From positions 1 through 64,000 of the IMG/VR virus record IMGVR_UViG_3300001528_000407: a stretch of DNA of 64,000 bases. One strand, given 5' to 3'. The notes beneath the pieces were generated by a model. That model saw only the letters and a list, made by a program, of their open reading frames with translations, ran no database searches and was not told where the DNA came from. This DNA comes from a virus. Taxonomy: Duplodnaviria > Caudoviricetes. The translations under genes were made by a program, and so were the position numbers. Of the stretch, positions 58,280 to 64,000 are shown piece by piece. Each line of letters starts with the position of its first letter. Position 1 is the first letter of the stretch.

Positions 58280-58606
58280 TTATCTATTGCATCTATAATT
58301 CCACAAACACGCATAGCTGCTGCCCATTGCTCGTAAGGGCATTGGCAAGCCTACCCCCCCGATTGTGCGGCTTCGCCTTATCGCCGAGGTGGGGTAAGCG
58401 AGGTCACACACACCAAGCACAGGGCAATCGGTGTAGCCTTGCTCCGTGGCTTGGCGTATGCGCAAGAAGGTATCGCCCGTCTCTACCTCGTTCACCAACT
58501 GGAGAAAAGGTCGGGAGGTGTCGTATATTCTATATAATGTGCCATCGGGATAGAAGCCATATAGCTTGCCATCCTTCACGATGGTGCCTCGCTTGTAGTG
58601 TGACAT
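58280..58606 (-). CDS. Small protein with a G7 run near its C-terminus; resembles MTase-associated DLAYPTS..RRSR segments
   Basis: Frame 0 ends GGVGLPMPL...CNR*; with one extra G it ends GGGRLANALTSNGQQLCVFVEL*. Confidence 0.6.
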   Translation of the reverse strand: MSHYKRGTIVKDGKLYGFYPDGTLYRIYDTSRPFLQLVNEVETGDTFLRIRQATEQGYTDCPVLGVCDLAYPTSAIRRSRTIGGVGLPMPLRAMGSSYACLWNYRCNR

Positions 58607-58617
58607 ACTGCTTGTGC

Positions 58618-59574
58618 TTAATCTAACGGTTCGCTACATTTCAACTCGTTCACCAACTCCATGTAGTCATCATACAGTTGTGGTGGTATCTGTTTATACA
58701 GTCGCTCATCGAAGAAACTCTTCTTTAGTATTACCTGGGTTTCCGGTGTCGCTCTCGATGCTGCCACTAAGTACTGAAGAAACTCTATCAGCTCATCGGG
58801 CTCATATCTATCCTTCTTGAAAGGCGACCGCAAGCCGAGGCGTATCTCGTCTGCCACACCCATGATGTCCATCAATACATCCTTGGCACGATAGAACTTA
58901 ACGACAGGCTCCATCGAGACAAAAGTTTTATAGCCCAAAGCCTTTACTCGCTCCAGGGCATTGATGCGGTCGTTGGTGGATGGAGCGTTAGGCTCCAGCT
59001 CGTCCATGCCCGTGATGGTGAAGCCGAAGGTGATAAGGTTGCAGCGAAGTCGGAAGCACTGGCTGTAGATTTCACTCTTCTCGTCATCGAGCCAAGCGGT
59101 GTCCTTGGTGAGGACGGTTACGGGGACGTGGTAGTTGGTGACGAGATTCTCGATGCAGTTGATGGTGTAGAATACGGTGTCCTCTGCCATCGGATCACTC
59201 TTGAAGGAGAGGAATATGCCACCGTCCTGGATGATTCGCTCGCTGCCTATCTTTCGCACGTCCTTTTCGATGATTTCGCTCATCGCTAGGAGTGTGGATG
59301 CTGTCTTGATGCTGATGGGGATAAATTGGTACATCGGTATGCCCTCACGCTTCATGTAGGCATTGAGCAACTTGTCTCGCAAGTTGGCGATAGGTGCCGC
59401 CAACTTTGGCTCATCGCCAAAGGCGTGGCTCAACACACCTCGGCGATTATAGCAATAGGTGCATCCGTTGCTGCAACCATTGTATAGATTTATCGCCCAC
59501 TTAGCGTATTCGCCCGCTGGTCCTTGGGGCTGATAGATGAGCTTGCCCTTGATAGGCTTCTTGGTTTCTTCCAT
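58618..59574 (-). CDS. Radical SAM protein (SPL/Rv2578c-like)
   Basis: INLYNGCSNGCTYCY CxxxCxxC motif; FLSFKSDP, VLTK, GFTIT, EPNAPS..RINAL and SMEPV. Confidence 0.85.
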   Translation of the reverse strand: MEETKKPIKGKLIYQPQGPAGEYAKWAINLYNGCSNGCTYCYNRRGVLSHAFGDEPKLAAPIANLRDKLLNAYMKREGIPMYQFIPISIKTASTLLAMSEIIEKDVRKIGSERIIQDGGIFLSFKSDPMAEDTVFYTINCIENLVTNYHVPVTVLTKDTAWLDDEKSEIYSQCFRLRCNLITFGFTITGMDELEPNAPSTNDRINALERVKALGYKTFVSMEPVVKFYRAKDVLMDIMGVADEIRLGLRSPFKKDRYEPDELIEFLQYLVAASRATPETQVILKKSFFDERLYKQIPPQLYDDYMELVNELKCSEPLD

Positions 59575-59611
59575 AATATCTAAATGTTTTTTTGTTGTTA
59601 TTCGATTGCTT

Positions 59612-59836
59612 CTAAACGATTCTCAAACTCGAAAACTCTTCTTTATTGAAAGACCAAGGATTTTCTATCAGCAGGTTCACCAGCATTCCGTCGGTAAGCG
59701 ATACTTTCTTAACCTCAAACTCCTTGTCGGGATATACGGTTTCGATGAGATGTGCCTTATCGGGACATGGCGTGATGTGGTAGGGAATCTTCGAGCCTTT
59801 TAGGGAGACGATATAAATCGTATATTTCTTAATCAT
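59612..59836 (-). CDS. Hypothetical protein
   Basis: 74 aa ORF. Confidence 0.55.
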   Translation of the reverse strand: MIKKYTIYIVSLKGSKIPYHITPCPDKAHLIETVYPDKEFEVKKVSLTDGMLVNLLIENPWSFNKEEFSSLRIV

Positions 59837-59854
59837 TTTCTCTTAGATTTATTC

Positions 59855-60589
59855 CTATTCCATCGGTCTCACATACTTCGCCTTGGCGAAGCGATAAGAG
59901 CGATAGTCGTGAGACACATGGAGAACGTTCTTGTTATCGGTGAACGTCTTGATGCAGCCCTTATCGTCTTCATCGAAACCGAGGATAAGATAATGCCCAT
60001 CCTCGGTATAGCCAGCGAGACTGGCACCGATGTCCTCGCCCTTATACGAGACTCTTTCGTCCCGATGGAGGCGAAATATCTCCTGGTTGGAGTGGAACAG
60101 GCTCAACTCCTCTGCATCGGTGGGCTTGAACTTGATGGTAAAGAAATACTCGCAAAGCCATTCTTCGGGACACATACCTCGTTTCGGCTTGCTCACCACG
60201 ATGTCCTCTATCTCTCGGATAATGACAGGCGCACCGTCTTCCGGATAGCCATTGCGGAAGGCGACGTGGGTGTATGGTACCAACACGTTCTGCCATCTGT
60301 GCTCCTTATGCTCGGCATTGAATTGGTCTGCGCTGCCATCCTCGGCGATGGAACAGCCCATATAGCCAACGAGAAAATACGCTGCATTGATGGTATTGTT
60401 TTTTATCATCGAGAGCACTTCTGCCCGATGAGGAGCTTCGGGCTTGATGAGTCTCGAAGCCCAGTGTATCTTTATCGCCCGATACTCTTCAGTCTTCTCG
60501 CCGAAAAGAATCTTCTCGTACCATTCCTTAGTAAGGGAAAGGTTGAGGATGCGGACGGGATTGCCGTCTTTTGAAAATAAATCTTCCAT
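59855..60589 (-). CDS. ASCH-domain protein fused to a second domain
   Basis: LNLSLTKEWYEKILFGEKTEEYR...HVAFRNGY ASCH signature. Confidence 0.7.
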   Translation of the reverse strand: MEDLFSKDGNPVRILNLSLTKEWYEKILFGEKTEEYRAIKIHWASRLIKPEAPHRAEVLSMIKNNTINAAYFLVGYMGCSIAEDGSADQFNAEHKEHRWQNVLVPYTHVAFRNGYPEDGAPVIIREIEDIVVSKPKRGMCPEEWLCEYFFTIKFKPTDAEELSLFHSNQEIFRLHRDERVSYKGEDIGASLAGYTEDGHYLILGFDEDDKGCIKTFTDNKNVLHVSHDYRSYRFAKAKYVRPME

Positions 60590-60635
60590 TGGTAATGCTA
60601 TAAATTCTAATCACTAAATTCTGATTTCGTCTTAC

Positions 60636-61310
60636 TCATAGCTCATTAAAATCGTTCATAAATGAAGAATGCAATTCTCGCCACGTCTTCTGCATCTTGC
60701 CGTCCTTAAACTCATATCCAAGGCGACGGATGTAACTCTCGGTTGCTTCCACCAAAGCCTTGCTTGGCGTATAGAAAAGATAATCCTCGGCATGATAAAA
60801 TCCCATATTGTAGTTGATGTAGTTACAGCACTTATCGGAAGCGATGCTCTGGTAATTGCGCACATCGGGGTCGGAGATATGCACCTTCGTGCCATTCTGC
60901 TCGATATATATGGCGAAGTGGATTCTTACGATGTCATCTTGCGGATAAACATCTTTGACGCAGATATACCCACGTTTCAGATTTTCGCTCTTATCTTGGC
61001 TCTTGATGAGATATGTCCTGCCCTCTTGCAGGTCGGAAAGATGCAAGGGTTCATCTTCGTTCGTCTCATCGGGATAATCGGCATACTTATCGGGGGTGTC
61101 GGAATCGTCGGCTGTCTTGATGCGATACTCGGTCGCCATGAAATCAATGCCTTCCATTTCCAAGATGTCCCCGGATGGCAGGTCGTGCCAACTGCTATAG
61201 CGGTCGTCGTACAGAAGTTTTCTGTATTGCAGTTGCTTGCCATCGAGCAAGGCTTGCATCACCTGAATGGTGTCTGTAAGTTTCTGCTTAAAATCGTTTG
61301 TTAGTTCCAT
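60636..61310 (-). CDS. Hypothetical protein
   Basis: 224 aa ORF. Confidence 0.6.
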   Translation of the reverse strand: MELTNDFKQKLTDTIQVMQALLDGKQLQYRKLLYDDRYSSWHDLPSGDILEMEGIDFMATEYRIKTADDSDTPDKYADYPDETNEDEPLHLSDLQEGRTYLIKSQDKSENLKRGYICVKDVYPQDDIVRIHFAIYIEQNGTKVHISDPDVRNYQSIASDKCCNYINYNMGFYHAEDYLFYTPSKALVEATESYIRRLGYEFKDGKMQKTWRELHSSFMNDFNEL

Positions 61311-61388
61311 AATTAGCTAAACACTATAAATCCTTTTTTATTATTAGTTCTATTTATTATCTCTTGCGCTTGCCACGCTTATTTCTCT

Positions 61389-61427
61389 AAAAAGGATAGG
61401 GAGCACGCCTCACGGCGAATCCCTATC
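61389..61427 (-). terminator. Terminator after the HU-like gene
   Basis: GATAGGGA.TCGCCGTGAGGCGT..TCCCTATCCTTTTT on the - strand. Confidence 0.75.
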
Positions 61428-61513
61428 AGTGAGAAAATTGATTATTCTGTCTCAATAACCATTTAATTATTTAAATTTTATAAAGCACAGTCTAAACTAC
61501 AAGCGGCTAAGGA

Positions 61514-62020
61514 TTATCCCTCGCCATCATCGCCACTGCTTGATGATGAGCCGCTGCCAGATGATGAGCCGCTGCCCTGCGAAGGCTTGGTGCCAGCGTT
61601 GCCGGAATCATCGGTGGACGGCTCGTCGCCCTCGTTATCCTTGGTCCATGAAGTCTTGGCAGTCTGCACGGCTGCGTGAATCTCCTGGCTTGGATAGAAG
61701 GACACACCAATCTTGTGCTCTACGGAAGTTTGCTCCTCAGCGGTCTCGGTCCATGCACCCGAACAGGTGAAACCGATGTTGCCGATGCCTTTCAACTCCA
61801 CAGTCTTGCCGCTTGCGAGGGCTTCCTTAATAGCGTCGAGGGCTAACTCGAAGCCCATGCGAAGCTCTGCCTTGTGCATGGTGGTGTTCTTACTTGCAGA
61901 CTCTACGATACTGTCCATGTCTGCCTTACCGTTGGACTTGACGGTTGTGCGATAGCCCATCTTCTTGGTAGAAGGATTGATGGCTTTCGACTTAGATAAT
62001 TTCAAAGTGAGTGTACTCAT
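61514..62020 (-). CDS. HU/IHF-like DNA-binding protein (Bacteroidetes type) with a G/S/D tail
   Basis: Start at ATG 62020 (MSTLTLK); IVESASKNTTMHKAEL...LASGKTVELKGIGNI HU fold. Confidence 0.85.
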   Translation of the reverse strand: MSTLTLKLSKSKAINPSTKKMGYRTTVKSNGKADMDSIVESASKNTTMHKAELRMGFELALDAIKEALASGKTVELKGIGNIGFTCSGAWTETAEEQTSVEHKIGVSFYPSQEIHAAVQTAKTSWTKDNEGDEPSTDDSGNAGTKPSQGSGSSSGSGSSSSSGDDGEG

Positions 62021-62065
62021 ATCTTCTGAAATTAAATTATTAATACTGACATATACCCAGTTCGG

Positions 62066-62147
62066 AACTATACCTATCACTTTCGGAAACTATAGGTATT
62101 ACTTTTCAAAACTATAGGTATAGTTTATAAAAGTGATAGATATAGTT
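62066..62147. repeat. 22-bp-period repeats and an inverted repeat in the HU-gene leader
   Basis: AACTATA(CC/GG)TAT at 62066, 62088 and 62110; AACTATACCTATCACTT (62066) pairs with AAGTGATAGATATAGTT (62131). Confidence 0.8.
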
Positions 62148-62190
62148 TGCTTCAAGTAAAAACTATCTTCTTTCCTTTCGTATGCTCATT

Positions 62191-62229
62191 TGCAAAGGTA
62201 CAAAAAGTATTTTTATCGGTGGTGACAAA
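62191..62229 (-). promoter_or_regulatory. Extended promoter TTTGTCAC-N21-TACCTTTGCA (copy 6)
   Basis: Reverse complement TTTGTCAC CACCGATAAAAATACTTTTTG TACCTTTGCA, upstream of the HU-like gene. Confidence 0.7.
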
Positions 62230-62253
62230 CTTTTCTCGGCTGATGGTAGATAA

Positions 62254-62586
62254 CTACCAATGCACGTCCTTCTGATACTCGTCTCGCTCGAAACCTCGCT
62301 CCGGTCCTCGCCACTGGTACCACTGGTAGTCCGTGCGATAATTATAGTCAGTCTTTTTGAGGCAGAACGATGTTATCACGCACAGCTTACCCAGTGCGAT
62401 GTCGGGGTGAGCCTTGGCGAAGGCAAGGGCTTGCGGGATGGCTGTCTTTGCATTGGGGAGGGAAAGGAGCTGCTTCATTCGCACCTTCGGGGAGTGCTTG
62501 AAGTAATCCTTGCCTCCACCTTCCGATGGTACGGTATAGTAGAGGTCGGCACGGTATCGCTTATAATCACTCGGTCTTGCTGCCAT
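62254..62586 (-). CDS. Hypothetical basic protein
   Basis: 110 aa ORF. Confidence 0.6.
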   Translation of the reverse strand: MAARPSDYKRYRADLYYTVPSEGGGKDYFKHSPKVRMKQLLSLPNAKTAIPQALAFAKAHPDIALGKLCVITSFCLKKTDYNYRTDYQWYQWRGPERGFERDEYQKDVHW

Positions 62587-63286
62587 GATTGTCTAGTCTT
62601 TCTTTATTTCCTTGATAATCCAAGCAAAGGATAGTTCCCGATTTCGTTTTACGGCAGATAAAAGCATCACACGACCAACACTCTATAGAATCCGTCCTTA
62701 CAACCTCATCCGTATCTAAATCTTTAATACCAAATGGGCACGGCTGATTTTTAGCAAGTTCTTTTGAATGAGGAGCGATGCCGCGATATGCAGCCATCAA
62801 CTGCCTGTCTATATCTTCGTACGCTCTTCGATATGTCTCTTTTACTCGTTTTTGTTCAGCTAACTCATCTCGGAGACTGTTAATAGTCTTCTCTTGGCAA
62901 TCATATCTCTTCCGGAAAGACTTATTTGTAAAAATACGAAAAGAGTTCTTGATTTTTATCTTGCCTGCAACCTCCTCTACCTCACAATTAGGACGTTGTA
63001 GATTAGACTGGAGAGTATCATGCAATTCAGATAGGTCGCAAACGATATAAGTATCTGCACATTTCTCTGTATCATGCAAACGAATCATCACAAGTCTCCC
63101 ATCAAAATTATATTTCTTCTGTTTAGCCGGCTTCGAATCGTTTTTAGGTGGAGCTGGGGAAACATGCTGAATACCAGAAGAGCGTATATTATTTTTCCAT
63201 TTATCAAGTGTTGTGTAGTGATAAACAAGAACTGCAATCAATGCGACTGCAACAACAACTGTAATAATAATTTTTATTTCACTCAT
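62567..63286 (-). CDS. Membrane-anchored hypothetical protein with a C-terminal Cys cluster
   Basis: N-terminal TM helix, coiled coil, CPFG...CWSCDAFIC...C. Confidence 0.6.
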   Translation of the reverse strand: MSEIKIIITVVVAVALIAVLVYHYTTLDKWKNNIRSSGIQHVSPAPPKNDSKPAKQKKYNFDGRLVMIRLHDTEKCADTYIVCDLSELHDTLQSNLQRPNCEVEEVAGKIKIKNSFRIFTNKSFRKRYDCQEKTINSLRDELAEQKRVKETYRRAYEDIDRQLMAAYRGIAPHSKELAKNQPCPFGIKDLDTDEVVRTDSIECWSCDAFICRKTKSGTILCLDYQGNKERLDNHGSKTE

Positions 63287-63307
63287 AATTCTATATTTTA
63301 TAATTAC

Positions 63308-63913
63308 TCAGCCTTTGTCGCCATAGTTATCTAATTTACTAATTTTAGTCAAGGGTGCATCACATTTTACCCAACCCTCGTGCCATCTACTGCCACAATA
63401 ATGAGAACAATTATAACAAGCAACAGTCCCTATCGTAACCTTTTCTTTCGTCAGACAAAAAGGACAAACGGTACCTCGTCGCATAAATGTTACCATGTTT
63501 ATCGCATCAGATGATTCTATTTCTGAATGCTGTCTCTTTTTTGCGAGAGTATTATAATCATCAACTAAGTCATGGACACGACGCACAAGGCTCTCGTTCT
63601 CCATTCTAAGTTCTGCAACAAGATAACCTAAAGCCATAAGATGCTTATCATCTTTCTTGCCTCCAAGATAATCTAAATAGGTAATCTTACGATACATGAG
63701 CTCACGCTGCCTTTCGGTTGCAGGAACATAGTATCGAGGATCTTTTCTTAAAGCAATCAAAGATGTTACGTCAACTTGCACTGCTTCTAAGCTATCCGCT
63801 GGAGTACAAGCCGAAAAACTTAGCAAATCATCCTCTTTATTTGAAACCTTAACTATTGCACCAGTCTCAGGATTATAGAGAATATCACCAACACTTATAT
63901 CTTTTATATACAT
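63308..63913 (-). CDS. Hypothetical protein with a C-terminal Cys cluster
   Basis: 201 aa; CPFC...CYNCSHYC...C. Confidence 0.6.
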   Translation of the reverse strand: MYIKDISVGDILYNPETGAIVKVSNKEDDLLSFSACTPADSLEAVQVDVTSLIALRKDPRYYVPATERQRELMYRKITYLDYLGGKKDDKHLMALGYLVAELRMENESLVRRVHDLVDDYNTLAKKRQHSEIESSDAINMVTFMRRGTVCPFCLTKEKVTIGTVACYNCSHYCGSRWHEGWVKCDAPLTKISKLDNYGDKG

Positions 63914-64000
63914 AGCTTTTTCAAATTTTTACATTATTATTACCACTAAAACGAGGCATTTCACTCATCATTCTTTGTCTTTTTCCAGATGATAGTAAGA

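Noticed and set aside
30432-61340. Recurring GGATTTATAG(TGT) upstream of some genes (30436, 32300, 38135, 61323)
   Set aside because: Orientation relative to genes is inconsistent and it resembles A-rich translation-initiation context, so it is too weak to call.
1-64000. Alternative genetic code, tRNA genes, integrase/att sites, DGR reverse transcriptase or template repeat
   Set aside because: Long ORFs are intact under code 11, and no tRNA cloverleaf, recombinase, RT motif or AAC-rich copy of the variable region was found by eye.

Overview
The whole window is a contiguous segment of a tailed dsDNA phage or prophage of Bacteroidales, probably infecting Prevotella/Segatella (inferred from TAnnTTTG promoters, a BT4734-like primase and an HU-like protein). 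It uses the standard genetic code and shows no host genes or integrase. It encodes tail proteins, portal, GH108 endolysin, major capsid, S49 maturation protease, tail tube, tape measure, holin, terminase, primase, dUTPase, ThyX, DNA methyltransferases, a PAPS-reductase-family protein and a radical SAM enzyme. Main observations: (1) an acyl carrier protein plus an intact beta-ketoacyl synthase embedded in the tail operon; (2) four genes interrupted at G7/G9 runs, all repaired by the same +1 G (-1 frame), plus a GGGGGAA -1 slippery site extending the tail tube protein; (3) a six-copy extended promoter TTTGTC(C/A)C-N21-TAnnTTTGCA in front of lysis, structural, packaging and HU-like genes; (4) a DGR-type variable gene at the left edge that the ORF track missed; (5) a self-contained LysR plus four-gene cassette; (6) a probable replication origin and several 19-23 bp repeat arrays. 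All family assignments come from motifs read by eye; no database search was run.
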